DNA of 64,000 nt from a bacterium (GTDB lineage Bacteria; Zhuqueibacterota; Zhuqueibacteria; Residuimicrobiales; Krinioviventaceae): assembly GCA_963674595.2 (NCBI GenBank), contig CAXXFV010000017.1, positions 98,364-162,363 on the forward strand, read 5' to 3'. Every line of letters begins with the position of its first letter. Position 1 is the stretch's first letter. Under the pieces are notes generated by a model. It was not told the origin of the DNA and made no database searches. It saw only the letters and a list, made by a program, of their open reading frames with translations. Positions 10,153-21,400 of this stretch are shown here, in pieces. The position numbers were made by a program, and so were the translations under genes.

Positions 10153-11127
10153 ATGAGTAATATACTAGTTGTTGTTGAAAGTTTTCAGGGAGCTTTTCGT
10201 AAAGCTTCTTTAGAAGCCATATCCGCTGCAAAAAAGATTTCTGCTGATTTGAACGCATCTGTTAACGCCCTTGTTTTGGGTAATAATGTTTCAGACAAAG
10301 CAGCTCAATTGGGCGAATATGGAGCAGAACAAGTTTTTGTCGCCCAGAGTGATTCACTTGAATATTATGATTCTGAATTATATAAAGCCGTTGTTCTGGA
10401 TGCTGTTAATAAAGCAGGCGCGGATATTGTTATCATGTCGGCCACCACTTCAGGAAAAGACCTGGCCCCAAGAATCGGCGCACGGTTGTCCTGCGGACTG
10501 GCAAGTGACTGTACCGGTATTAACGTTGTTGATGGCAGCATACAAGTAGAACGACCCATGTATGCCGGTAAATTATTTTCTACTTTAAAAATTACCAGCC
10601 AGACACAGGTTATTTCGTTACGTCCCGGTGTTTTTGATGCCGCTGTTGCAGAAAGTGGTAAAACAGCCTCTGTTGAGGAAATTGCCCTTCCACAGGTGGA
10701 TAAAAAAGTGGCCTTGAAAGAGTTCCGCCAAAAGGGTGGAGACAAGCTGGATGTATCCGATGCGGATATTATCGTCACCGGCGGACGTGGTGTTCGGTCT
10801 GCTGAAAATTTTAATGTCATTGAAGAACTGGCCGGTTCTCTGGATGCCGCTGTCGGCGCAACCCGTGCCGTTGTTGATTCCGGATGGAGACCGCATGATG
10901 AACAGGTCGGACAAACCGGTAAAGTTGTTTCTCCCAACCTTTATTTTATGTGCGGCGCTTCCGGTTCCATTCAGCATTGGGCCGGCATGTCAGGTTCCAA
11001 ATGTATTGTTGCCATAAATAAAGATCCCGAAGCACCGATTATGAAAAGAGCTGATTACAGCATTGTCGGTGATCTGTTTGAGGTTGTCCCTGCATTGACA
11101 ACTGAAATTAAAAAAATCAGAGGTTAA
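10153..11127 (+). CDS. etfA: Electron transfer flavoprotein alpha subunit
   Basis: [45 protein letters not shown]. Confidence 0.95.
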   Translation: MSNILVVVESFQGAFRKASLEAISAAKKISADLNASVNALVLGNNVSDKAAQLGEYGAEQVFVAQSDSLEYYDSELYKAVVLDAVNKAGADIVIMSATTSGKDLAPRIGARLSCGLASDCTGINVVDGSIQVERPMYAGKLFSTLKITSQTQVISLRPGVFDAAVAESGKTASVEEIALPQVDKKVALKEFRQKGGDKLDVSDADIIVTGGRGVRSAENFNVIEELAGSLDAAVGATRAVVDSGWRPHDEQVGQTGKVVSPNLYFMCGASGSIQHWAGMSGSKCIVAINKDPEAPIMKRADYSIVGDLFEVVPALTTEIKKIRG

Positions 11128-11145
11128 TAAAGTCGTTCACTAGTT

Positions 11146-13146
11146 TTGGAGACAGAGGTGTTAAATCCAATAGGTCAAATTATTCTCATATTATGTATCG
11201 GTCTTGCCGTTGCATTTTTTGTTAAAGAAATTTCTATTCGAGTACGTCTTTTAAAACTCGGAAAAAAAGATGAAAAACGATGCGACAATCCGGTACAACG
11301 TTTTTGGCACATGGCTGTAAAAATTGCCAGCCAAACATGTTCCATTAAAGATCGTCCGTTTGTCGGTATCATGCATGCTTCCGTGTTTTATGGATTCGTC
11401 TTTTTTACAGTTGCCACGTTAAATCATGTTATAGGCGCTTTTGTTCCGGGATTCTCCCTGTGGGGTAAAGGCCTGTTTAATAATTTATGGTTTTTAGCGG
11501 TTGATATTGTTGCCATTTTAACCATTATCGGATCCATCTATTTGGCGTATCGTCGTTTTGTTTTAAAACCGGACGGTATCACAAAACCGATGCCGCTTTC
11601 CCGGTCACCGCAAAGCGCCATTGTTTTGTCCTTTATTTTCGGACTTATGGTTACCTATCTGTTGAATATGGGTGCTGATAAAGTATTGCATGGTGAGAGC
11701 TTTGCGGCCTGGATGCCCTTTTCCATGGCAACGGTCCCCTTGTTTCAGGGGATGCAGGAATCCACATTGATGATATGGAACCAGGTTTTCTGGTGGTCAC
11801 ATATTTTAATGGTGCTTGGATTTTTGGTTTTTATACCTCATTCAAAACACCTGCATTTGGTTGCCGCACCCTTTAACATCTTTTTAAAAACAAACGGGTC
11901 CATCGGCACATTGAAAAAAATCGATTTTGAAGCTTCCGAAGAGTTTGGCGCTACCAAAGTTACGGATTTTCAATGGAAAAACATGCTGGACTTTTTCTCC
12001 TGTGTGGACTGTGGCAGATGCCAGGATGTATGTCCTGCTTTTCAAAGTGATAAAGCCCTGTCGCCCAAGGTTGTTATGATGAGCCTTCGCAAGCACATTT
12101 TAAATGAAAAAGACAACCTGCTGAGCGGCAAAGAAGCCGAAGAGACGATAATTGATAAATGGTTGACGCCTGACGAAATTTGGGCCTGTACAACCTGCGG
12201 CGCTTGTATGGAAGCCTGTCCGGTAAGTAATGAACATATCCCGACCATTCTGGAAATGCGCCGTGCCCAAATGATGATGGAAAACCAGTTCCCGCAAGAA
12301 CTTAATCCGGCATTTCGTGGTTTTGAAACCAATTCCAATCCCTGGAACATGGGAAGCAGTTCACGGGCCGACTGGACCGAGGGACTGGATGTGCCCCTGA
12401 TGTCCGAAAAACAGGAAGCAGAATATTTGTGGTTTGTCGGATGTTCCGGTTCCTTTGATGACCGCGGCAAAGAAATTTCCATCGCTATGGCAAAAATTTT
12501 AAATGCCGCCGGTGTTGATTATGCCATTCTTGGTACTGAAGAAGGCTGTTGTGGCGATACCGCCCGCCGTGCCGGTAATGAATATTTGTTTCAAATGATG
12601 GCTGAGACAAATGTTGAAGTAATGAAAAATTACAAATTTAAAAAGATTTTAACAGCCTGTCCTCATGGATACCATATTTTCAAAAACGAATATCCGCAAT
12701 TTGACGGCGAATTTGAGGTGGTCCACCACAGTCAGTTAATTGCCGAGCTTATAAAACAAAACAAACTGAATATTGAAACCAGTGAATTGGGTTGTTTGAC
12801 TTATCACGATTCCTGTTACATTGGTCGTTACAACCAGATATATGATGAACCGCGCCAGGTTATTAAAGCCATATCCAAAGATGACTTTGTGGAAATGGAA
12901 CGCTCTCATCAAAAAAGTTTTTGCTGCGGCGCCGGCGGCGGTCGCATGTTTATGGAAGAAACCGAAGGTCAGCGTATTAACCACGTTCGCATTCAGGATG
13001 TTGTAGAATCCGGTGCAACCACCGTTGCGGTGGCCTGTCCTTTCTGTCTCACCATGTTTGACGATGGCTTTAAGGAAAAAGGTGTTGACGAAAAAATGAA
13101 GGCAATGGATATTGCCCAAATCGTCGCAAAGGCAATAAAAAGTTAA
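11146..13146 (+). CDS. Membrane Fe-S oxidoreductase (FadF / ETF:quinone oxidoreductase-like; NarI-like TM domain, 2x[4Fe-4S], two CCG domains)
   Basis: TM helices with SKHLH; CVDCGRCQDVCP and CTTCGACMEACP; CCG motifs; YHDSCY.GR. Confidence 0.88.
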   Translation: METEVLNPIGQIILILCIGLAVAFFVKEISIRVRLLKLGKKDEKRCDNPVQRFWHMAVKIASQTCSIKDRPFVGIMHASVFYGFVFFTVATLNHVIGAFVPGFSLWGKGLFNNLWFLAVDIVAILTIIGSIYLAYRRFVLKPDGITKPMPLSRSPQSAIVLSFIFGLMVTYLLNMGADKVLHGESFAAWMPFSMATVPLFQGMQESTLMIWNQVFWWSHILMVLGFLVFIPHSKHLHLVAAPFNIFLKTNGSIGTLKKIDFEASEEFGATKVTDFQWKNMLDFFSCVDCGRCQDVCPAFQSDKALSPKVVMMSLRKHILNEKDNLLSGKEAEETIIDKWLTPDEIWACTTCGACMEACPVSNEHIPTILEMRRAQMMMENQFPQELNPAFRGFETNSNPWNMGSSSRADWTEGLDVPLMSEKQEAEYLWFVGCSGSFDDRGKEISIAMAKILNAAGVDYAILGTEEGCCGDTARRAGNEYLFQMMAETNVEVMKNYKFKKILTACPHGYHIFKNEYPQFDGEFEVVHHSQLIAELIKQNKLNIETSELGCLTYHDSCYIGRYNQIYDEPRQVIKAISKDDFVEMERSHQKSFCCGAGGGRMFMEETEGQRINHVRIQDVVESGATTVAVACPFCLTMFDDGFKEKGVDEKMKAMDIAQIVAKAIKS

Positions 13147-13218
13147 TTTTTATTTCATACAATTCGGTTAATTTTAAAATTTCTGAATTGTCTTTTGCGG
13201 ATTAAATTTGTAAATTAG

Positions 13219-13250
13219 ATGCCCGGTTGACTAACAATCGGGCATTTTTT
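13219..13250 (+). terminator. Intrinsic terminator of the etf operon
   Basis: ATGCCCGGTTG-ACTAA-CAATCGGGCAT followed by a T-run. Confidence 0.75.
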
Positions 13251-13289
13251 ATACTCTGAAATTATTCGTTACATTTATAAGGATTTGTT

Positions 13290-14474
13290 GTGATAGATCC
13301 CCAAAATAATTTTCTTATTATCCATTATGGAGAAATCGGATTAAAAAAAGGCAACCGTGGATTTTTTGAAGCAAAACTGCGGGACAATATTCATAAAGCC
13401 CTTGTCGATATACCCGGGGCAAATGTCAGCATGGATTATGGCCGGTTTATTTGTATGGTTCGTAATGACGCTGATATTGAAACAGTAAAACGCAGACTGG
13501 AAAATGTTTTCGGTATTGTTCATTTTGCCGTTGTTTACCAGGGAGACCCGGATGTTCATGTCCTGAAACAACAAATTTTTGAAAAGATTCAGGGAATTGA
13601 GTTTAAAACTTTTCGGGTGCAAACGCGAAGAGCAGATAAAATATACCCGTTAACATCTGTAGATGTTAATAAAATTGTCGGTGAGCGTATTTTTACCGGA
13701 ATGAACCGCCGTGTTGATTTAAAGAATGCCGAATTTACCGTTAATATAGAAATCTTTAATAAAAAGCTTTTTTATTCCTTTGAAAAAAACAGCGGTCCCG
13801 GCGGTCTGCCGGTCGGTACCAGCGCCAAGGTAGTGACCATGCTTTCGTCCGGGATTGATTCACCGGTTGCGGCATATCGTATCATGTCCCGGGGCTGTAA
13901 AAATATTTTTGTTCATTTTCACAGTTTTCCGTTTACGGAAAAAACCTCTCATTATAATGCCATTGCCCTGGCAAGACATTTAACACAATATCAATATCAA
14001 TCTAAAATTTATTCCGTGCCCCTTGCTGAAATTCAGAAAGCAATCATTCTGGCAGCGCCGACAAAATTACGTGTAATATTGTACCGGAGAATGATGTTCC
14101 GTATTGCCGAACAAATTGCAAGAAGAGAAAAAGCCAAAGCCCTTGTTACCGGTGAAAGCCTTGCCCAGGTTGCTTCGCAGACAATCGAAAATATCACGGC
14201 CATTTCAGAGGTTGTTACCTATCCGGTTTTGCGCCCGTTAATTGGAATGGATAAAGAAGAAATTGTAAAAACTGCACAAAAAATAGGGACATTTGAAATG
14301 TCCATCGAACCCTATGATGATTGCTGCAGCTATCTTGTTCCGCCAAATCCGGAGACAAAAGCCAAGCTTTATCAGGTCCATGCTGCCGAACAGAAAATTG
14401 AAAACTGGGAACAGTTGTTAAAAGATGCCATTTATAATTCGGAATTTGAAACTCTTCGGTTTCCGGAAAGTTAG
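13290..14474 (+). CDS. thiI: tRNA 4-thiouridine synthase ThiI (no rhodanese domain)
   Basis: HYGEIGLK..NR, THUMP domain, GPGGLPVG, SSGIDSPVA PP-loop, TGESLAQVASQT, DCC. Confidence 0.93.
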   Translation: MIDPQNNFLIIHYGEIGLKKGNRGFFEAKLRDNIHKALVDIPGANVSMDYGRFICMVRNDADIETVKRRLENVFGIVHFAVVYQGDPDVHVLKQQIFEKIQGIEFKTFRVQTRRADKIYPLTSVDVNKIVGERIFTGMNRRVDLKNAEFTVNIEIFNKKLFYSFEKNSGPGGLPVGTSAKVVTMLSSGIDSPVAAYRIMSRGCKNIFVHFHSFPFTEKTSHYNAIALARHLTQYQYQSKIYSVPLAEIQKAIILAAPTKLRVILYRRMMFRIAEQIARREKAKALVTGESLAQVASQTIENITAISEVVTYPVLRPLIGMDKEEIVKTAQKIGTFEMSIEPYDDCCSYLVPPNPETKAKLYQVHAAEQKIENWEQLLKDAIYNSEFETLRFPES

Positions 14475-14541
14475 TTTTAATTATATTTTTAAATTTGCTA
14501 AACAGATAAAAACTGAAACCATACAAAAATGGAACAATAGA

Positions 14542-15399
14542 ATGAAATTTGATCAAGACTATGACATTGTTTTTGCCGGACACGTTGCTAAAGATACTAT
14601 AATTACACCTGACAATACAACCTATAGAATGGGAGGGGCCGTTTATTACGGGGCTTTTCCGGCTTTGTATACCGGTGTAAAAGTTGGCGTTATTACCAAA
14701 ATTGCAGAAAAAGATAAAGACATGCTTTCGGAATTTGATGATTTTGGTATTGATACCTGTGCCATTCCAAGTCCGAATTCAACCGAAATTGAGCTGCAAT
14801 ATTTAACCGAAAACCTGGACCATCGTGATCTGTTTGTCACTTCCGTTGCAGATCCATTTACTATGGATGAGTTGAATAAAATTAATACCAAAATTCTGAG
14901 TCTTTGCCCGTTAATGGTGGGTGAAATGGACGAATCCTTAATAATAGAGCTGGGAAAAAAATATAAAATCTCTCTCGATATTCAGGGTTTTTTACGAGCC
15001 GTAACAGGAAAAGAACTTTTACCGGTTGACTGGGTTAATTTTGAAAAAGTTTTATCTGCTGTAACCTATATAAAAACCGATCAGGTTGAAGCCAACCTGT
15101 TGCTGGGTACAACCGACATAGAAAAAGCAGTGCGTCAAATATCTGATCTGGGACCTTCTGAAATTGTGCTGACAAACAAAGAAGGCGTGCACGTTTTTGC
15201 AAATGGCCAACTCCATTTTCAACCTTTTACTGCAAAAAATCTTAGCGGCCGGACCGGACGTGGTGACACCTGTTTTGCGTCCTATCTAAGTAAAAGACTG
15301 ACTGCATCTGTGGAAGATGCAACAAAATGGACGGCCGAAATTACCTCCCGAAAAATGGAAAAACCGGGTCCTTTTGTTGGTACATTGAAAAAAAAATAA
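14542..15399 (+). CDS. PfkB/ribokinase-family carbohydrate kinase
   Basis: GHVAKD, GGAVYY, LDIQGFLR, variant anion-hole GRTGRGDT; start moved to ATG 14542. Confidence 0.82.
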   Translation: MKFDQDYDIVFAGHVAKDTIITPDNTTYRMGGAVYYGAFPALYTGVKVGVITKIAEKDKDMLSEFDDFGIDTCAIPSPNSTEIELQYLTENLDHRDLFVTSVADPFTMDELNKINTKILSLCPLMVGEMDESLIIELGKKYKISLDIQGFLRAVTGKELLPVDWVNFEKVLSAVTYIKTDQVEANLLLGTTDIEKAVRQISDLGPSEIVLTNKEGVHVFANGQLHFQPFTAKNLSGRTGRGDTCFASYLSKRLTASVEDATKWTAEITSRKMEKPGPFVGTLKKK

Positions 15400-15418
15400 A
15401 AATTAACAGAAAATTTAC

Positions 15419-15468
15419 TTGACATTGTGCGTTGATTCCTTTAATTTTTGCAACGCTTGTATATACAA
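15419..15468 (+). promoter_or_regulatory. Sigma70 promoter with downstream GntR(HutC)-type operator
   Basis: TTGACA 15419-24, 17 bp, TAATTT 15442-47; perfect palindrome TTGTATATACAA 15457-68. Confidence 0.72.
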
Positions 15469-15548
15469 CTATTCAATTGAATTTCCCAATAACTGTAGTT
15501 ATTAATATAAATTTAATTATATAGTTACGTTAAAAAGGCAGGAATGAT

Positions 15549-18428
15549 ATGGCAAAAGTGAAATCTGTATTTCATCTTTCACTCATTTTATCTTTTTGCT
15601 TTTCTGCAACTCTATTTGCCGGTGTTACCGGTAAAATATCGGGCAGAATTGTAGATAGTGAAACGGGTGAAGGACTCCCCGGGGCGAATGTAGTTGTTGT
15701 TGGTACCAATACCGGCGCAGCCGCTGACATTGATGGCTATTACCGAATCCTTAATCTGGCTCCTGGCACATATAGTATTAATGTGACCATGATAGGTTAT
15801 AGCCCTATTACAGTGCAGGGACTAAAAGTTAGTATTGACCGTACCACCACCCAAAATGTCAAATTAACAACAGAAATTATTGAAGGAGAGACTGTTGTTA
15901 TTTCGGCCGAAAGACCTCTTGTTGAACGAGACCGAACAAACTCTGCATCCTATGTTGATGCTGAAACAATTGATCAGCTTCCTGTTCAGGAAATGTCAGA
16001 GATCATTCAGTTGCAGGCCGGTGTTGTAACCGGGTCTGACGGATCTATGCACTTTCGTGGCGGTCGTGAACGTGAAGTTGCTTATCTTGTTGATGGAATT
16101 TCAGTTTCCAACTCTTTTTCTCAAAGTGGTGGAAGTAATGTCGCTATTGAAAATTCCATCATTAAAGAACTTCAGGTTATCAGCGGTACATTTAATGCGG
16201 AATATGGGGCTGCTCAATCTGCTATTGTAAACGTGGTAACAAAAAATCCTGAAAAGGAATTTCATGGCGATTTGCAGATTTTCGCCGGTGATTTTTTAAG
16301 TAACAAAACCGACAGGTTTATTGGAATTGACGAGTTTGATCCAATGGGCGAACATGATATTCAAGGTACCCTTTCCGGCCCTCTGTTTCACAGATCATTA
16401 GGATTTTTTGCCACAGCACGCTACAACAGCGATGATGGCTACCTGAATGGTGAAAGAAGATACGCTGCTTTGGATGGCTGGAAAATAGATGCTTATCGGC
16501 AATGGTTTACACAGCATTATGCCGGAAGAATAGCCGAATACGGACGTATTCCGGTCCCGGATTCTCTTAAAACCGGAGATAACGCCATAGTGCCCATGGC
16601 CACATCAAAAAAACTCACTTTTACCGGTAAGGTTAACTTTATTCCAAAACCAACGGTTGGATTCATCTATACAATTTTTGCATCAGACAATGAATCCCAA
16701 GGTTATAGCAATAGTACTGATGACTGGCGTTATGCACCGGATGGCCGTTCTACAGGTTATTCCACTTCGCACCATCACTTTTTAACCTTTCGGCACAATC
16801 CAACGCCCGACTTTTTCTATAACCTGCGTGTCTCTTATCAATATAATAATTATAAAAGTTATTTAAATGAAGACACTAAAGTAGCTGATTATCCGGGTGA
16901 CTCGGGTTATTTACCCATTGGCGCCAGTGACGATCAAACAGGATTTGTACAGGGTGATAATCAATTCGGGCGCAGTTTTACAACCCGTAAAGTTTATATG
17001 GCCAATGGTGATTTTAACTGGCAAATTGATAAATATAATTTTATCAAAACCGGCTTTGAAGTTCGTCAACATAAAATCCATTATAACAACCAGCCGATGG
17101 TTGAATCTGAAGCCTGGAAAAGTTATAAATACACCAACTCCATATCAGGCAAAGGACTTGATTTTGACGAGTTCTGGGGCTATATGAACGAGTATTGGAG
17201 CAGCTTTCCTGGCGACAAATTACGTTTGGCAAAAACAACGGATGGTGATTTTGTTGATTACGAAAGAGAACCTTTGGAATTTTCAGCCTATATACAGGAT
17301 AAAGTTGAACTGGGTGAACTCGTTTTAAACGCCGGTGTAAGGTTGGACCTGTTTGATCCCAAAGCAAAAACCTTGAACAATAAACGGGAATTATCTCAAC
17401 AAATCGGTAATCCTGAAAATTTAATAGATTCAAAAATAAAAAAACAACTCAGTCCGCGTATTGGTTTTTCCTATCCGATTTCTGATCAGGGAGCCTTTCA
17501 CGTGTCCTATGGTCATTTTTTCCAGATGCCGAGTTTTGAAAAACTGTTTGAAAAACCGATTAATGAAAATATGACCACACTTTTACTGGAAGATGCACGG
17601 ATTGGTGACACAGATTTGGAACCGGAACGAACAATTGCTTATGAAATTGGTTTACAGCAGCAGTTAGCCTATGAATATGCAATGGACCTGACATTGTTCT
17701 ATAAAGACATTAGAAACCAGTTGGGTCTTGAAGCTGTTCGCACAACAGACGCTGTCGGTTATACCCGCTATGTAAACCGTGATTATGGCAATGTAAAAGG
17801 TTTTACACTGGCATTTGAAAAACTACGGACCGGACTGATTTCCGGTGGAGTTGATTATACATTCCAATATGCCAAAGGAAGCGCTTCTGATCCTAACTTT
17901 TTACAACTCGTTGAAATTGCAACACGGCTCAGTGGTGAATCCGTACAATTTCCTGAACGACAGATTTTGGCACTCGATTGGGACCAACGCCATACTATCA
18001 ATGTAAATTTAAATATTTCACAGTCAAATAATTGGGCTGTAGGAGTTATTGGTAGTTGGGGAAGCGGACTTCCCTATTCACCAACGAGTATAGAAGAACT
18101 GGATTTGCCGGATTCTGAATTTAAAAACAGTGCACGTAAACCCATTCGTTATGATTTGGATATAAAAGCAAACAAACAGTTTAAGATTGGTGGTTTAACA
18201 TATAATCTATTTATGCGTGTTTATAACATATTGGACCATTTGAATGAAAATGATGTATTTAGTGTAACCGGACGGGCTTCTCAAAATGCTCGTTTACCTG
18301 TCGATGAAAAAGTTGATTTGCAGCAACTGGAACAAGGCGGGCAGTTTACAATGGCGGAATGGGATAATCGTCCGCATTGGTTCTCGCCTCCTCGCCGCAT
18401 TCAGGTTGGTCTTGGTGTTAGATTTTAA
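15549..18428 (+). CDS. TonB-dependent receptor (N-terminal carboxypeptidase-regulatory-like domain)
   Basis: GVTGKISG, HFRGGR..EV.Y.VDG, SGTFNAEYG, SPRIGFSYPI, PRRIQVGLGVRF terminus. Confidence 0.92.
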   Translation: MAKVKSVFHLSLILSFCFSATLFAGVTGKISGRIVDSETGEGLPGANVVVVGTNTGAAADIDGYYRILNLAPGTYSINVTMIGYSPITVQGLKVSIDRTTTQNVKLTTEIIEGETVVISAERPLVERDRTNSASYVDAETIDQLPVQEMSEIIQLQAGVVTGSDGSMHFRGGREREVAYLVDGISVSNSFSQSGGSNVAIENSIIKELQVISGTFNAEYGAAQSAIVNVVTKNPEKEFHGDLQIFAGDFLSNKTDRFIGIDEFDPMGEHDIQGTLSGPLFHRSLGFFATARYNSDDGYLNGERRYAALDGWKIDAYRQWFTQHYAGRIAEYGRIPVPDSLKTGDNAIVPMATSKKLTFTGKVNFIPKPTVGFIYTIFASDNESQGYSNSTDDWRYAPDGRSTGYSTSHHHFLTFRHNPTPDFFYNLRVSYQYNNYKSYLNEDTKVADYPGDSGYLPIGASDDQTGFVQGDNQFGRSFTTRKVYMANGDFNWQIDKYNFIKTGFEVRQHKIHYNNQPMVESEAWKSYKYTNSISGKGLDFDEFWGYMNEYWSSFPGDKLRLAKTTDGDFVDYEREPLEFSAYIQDKVELGELVLNAGVRLDLFDPKAKTLNNKRELSQQIGNPENLIDSKIKKQLSPRIGFSYPISDQGAFHVSYGHFFQMPSFEKLFEKPINENMTTLLLEDARIGDTDLEPERTIAYEIGLQQQLAYEYAMDLTLFYKDIRNQLGLEAVRTTDAVGYTRYVNRDYGNVKGFTLAFEKLRTGLISGGVDYTFQYAKGSASDPNFLQLVEIATRLSGESVQFPERQILALDWDQRHTINVNLNISQSNNWAVGVIGSWGSGLPYSPTSIEELDLPDSEFKNSARKPIRYDLDIKANKQFKIGGLTYNLFMRVYNILDHLNENDVFSVTGRASQNARLPVDEKVDLQQLEQGGQFTMAEWDNRPHWFSPPRRIQVGLGVRF

Positions 18429-18466
18429 AGAATTATTAATTCTCACTCATAGATAGGAAAATTATC

Positions 18467-21400
18467 GTGAAAAAACATAAATTTATAAAATACAATAAGA
18501 TTCTGGTTTTGTTTCTTTTTGTCTTTGCTTGTTTATTTAATAATCTTTATGCAGAAGATGAACTGGTTAAACAGCAATATCCAAAAGATAACACACAAAC
18601 CGGAAACAGTTGGCAAAATAGCCGGGATTTTTCTTCAAGTTTGTTTAAAACACAGGCAGAAGAATTGGGTCTGCAAAAATATGTCAGGTTGTCCAAACAT
18701 GATGGAAACCTGGTTGAAACGGGCTGGGTAAACCAGGGACAGCTTGCTAACGGATACATATCCGGTCCCAGTTGGCCGATGATATGGCCCAGAGGTTCCG
18801 GTACGGAATATGGCTATGTCTTTGTCTTTTTAGTAGCAGGTGAAGTTGTGGATGCTCATGGTGACGTCATCCATATCGTTTCGGACCGTTTTCACCGTGT
18901 TTCGGGCAGCAGTTCGGAACAATCAACAGACAAGTCACACTGGTGGGATTTTAAACCTCTGCCAAAATATTTTAATAACCACCATCCAAGCTCAACGGAT
19001 TGGGATATTAGCGGAATCAGTGAAGATGTTGGTATGGACGGTTATCCCAACACCAATGATATAGGTGAAGGTGATGGTGAACTGCAACAGGGTGAAGATT
19101 TTAACAGGAATGGCGTTCTTGACCTAGATATGATTAATGTTGCAGAATGGGCTGCCATGAGCCATTTACCTGAAACCTGGCCGACCTATTGGCCGGCGCA
19201 AAGTTATGAAGGTGATGACCGTGCAATTGGCGAAGAACGACCCGGCCCTTGTGCAGGGCGCTGGAATGGTGAATATGGTTATTTTATTCGCGCCAGTCAG
19301 GAATCCTATTATGTTATGGATGACCGGGAAAATGACGAATTTGATTATTATCCCTTCAATCTTCCCGGCACAGATACACCGGACAGCAGGCCCTGGCCGG
19401 ATGGCAGAAGAGGACTTGGTATCACCGTTGAAGTTCGTAATTATCAATGGGTTGCCAGATTAGCTGAAGATATTCTGATCTCAATTTATGATATTACCAA
19501 TTATGGTAAAAAATTAAACAAATGTGTTGTTGGAATGTACGGTGATGTTGATGTTGGTGGTACAAGTTCCGGTGACGATGCTGATTTTGATGTAGTAGAT
19601 GATATTACCTATATTTGGGACAAAAGCGGATTGTCAAATCACGGTTTACCGACAGGTTATTTTGGCTTTGCGTTTTTGGAAAGTCCGGGATTGTCTGGTG
19701 ATAAAAAAGACAATGATCTGGATGGTATGATTGATGAAAGCCAGTACAATCTTGATGATGAAGATATGGATTGGCGAATTTGGCAGGATGATAATGGTAA
19801 TGGTGTCTATGACACAGAAGACTTGAACTATAATGGTGAACTGGATGCTGGTGAAGATACAAACGGTAATAATAAATTAGACTGGGAACTTGTTTGGGAT
19901 GACGTTGGCAGTGATGGAATAGGACCTGATGATGAAGGCTATCCGGGACCCGATGCCAATGGAACCGAAGCTAATGGAATTCCCGACCAGGGAGAACCAA
20001 ACTTTGGAAAAACAGACAATGACGAATCTGATCAGGTTGGTTTAACATCCTGGTATTTAAAGAGAGTTGATAATCGTGTTGCCAATGATGAGGAACTCTG
20101 GGAAGTTGAACTGATTCCCGGCACATTTGCTATCGGTGAAGACTATTCCGGTGACGTTGCCTTTTCTTATGGCAGCGGTTATATAGAAATAGAGCCGGGT
20201 GTTGATGGAACACAGCGATATGCTATTGCATGTTTGTTCGGAAATGACGAAATGGATATTTTCCGCAATAAAAGAACCATGCAAAAGATATATGATTCCG
20301 ATTACAACTTTTCAAAACCACCCAGGTTGCCGATTGTTACGGCTATACCAAGCAGCAAAAAAGTTGTCCTTATGTGGGACGATGGATCTGAAAAATCAAA
20401 AGATCCTATTTACGGACGTGATTTTGAAATGTATAAAATATACAAAAGCACCGATCCAAACTTTAGCGACATAAAGACGATTAGTGATGCTTTTGGCAAT
20501 CCGTTGTTATATGAACCTGTTGCACAATATGATCTTGTTGACGGTTTGGTTGGACCTCATCCGATTCCCATAGGCGGAACCGGTGAAGATGATGGGCTGG
20601 ACCTTGGTGTTGCCTATGATATGGGAACAGATAGTGGTCTGCGCCACACCTTTGTCGATACAAATTTAACAAATGGACGTACCTATTATTATGCTGTAGT
20701 TGGTGTTGATAAAGGTTATAACCATGATTTTTATGAAAGAGGATTATCTGATAAAGATAATTTGGCTCCAAACAGCCCGACCGAATGTTCTTCTATCATA
20801 CAGGTAGATGCATTGGGACGACCTGTATTTATCGATAGAAATTGTGCCGTCATTGTTCCTGTTGAACCGGCAGCCGGTTATATGGAACCGCGAACAGAAA
20901 ACGGTCTCGAACACATTTCCGGTGATGGTACGGGAAGTATATCCCTGCAAATTATTATCCCGGACAGTGTACGCAACGATCATACCTATCAATTGGTCTT
21001 TAAAGATGATGCTGCTATAGAAGAATTTGATGAAGCTTATCCAACAGGTTATACAGAAGGCGCCTGGCTCATAGACCTGACAGAAAATGACACATTGCTT
21101 ACACCAAGTATCAAGTATGATCAGGGTGTGTTTGAAGATCTTATTTTGACCGGTTTCCGCCTGAAAATTGAAAATGATGATTCCATTGCGGTTTCCTGGT
21201 CCGGTTGGGAAAGAGGCCGGTCCAACATTTCAGGTGAACCCCAGGGTTATGCTCAACAAACACGCGCCATACCACGTGATTATAGAATTACTGTTGGTGA
21301 TGTTGGTATTGATACATCCTATTCTCAGGTACCAGGACGCGCTCTATTGACTAATTTTACTGTGGAAGATGTAACCGATCCGGATAGTGTTTTCAAAGCT

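Noticed and set aside
10365-10937. 190-aa antisense ORF and similar shadow ORFs (e.g. 46256-46867, 54425-54982, 62915-63856)
   Set aside because: They overlap well-supported genes and show no recognisable motifs
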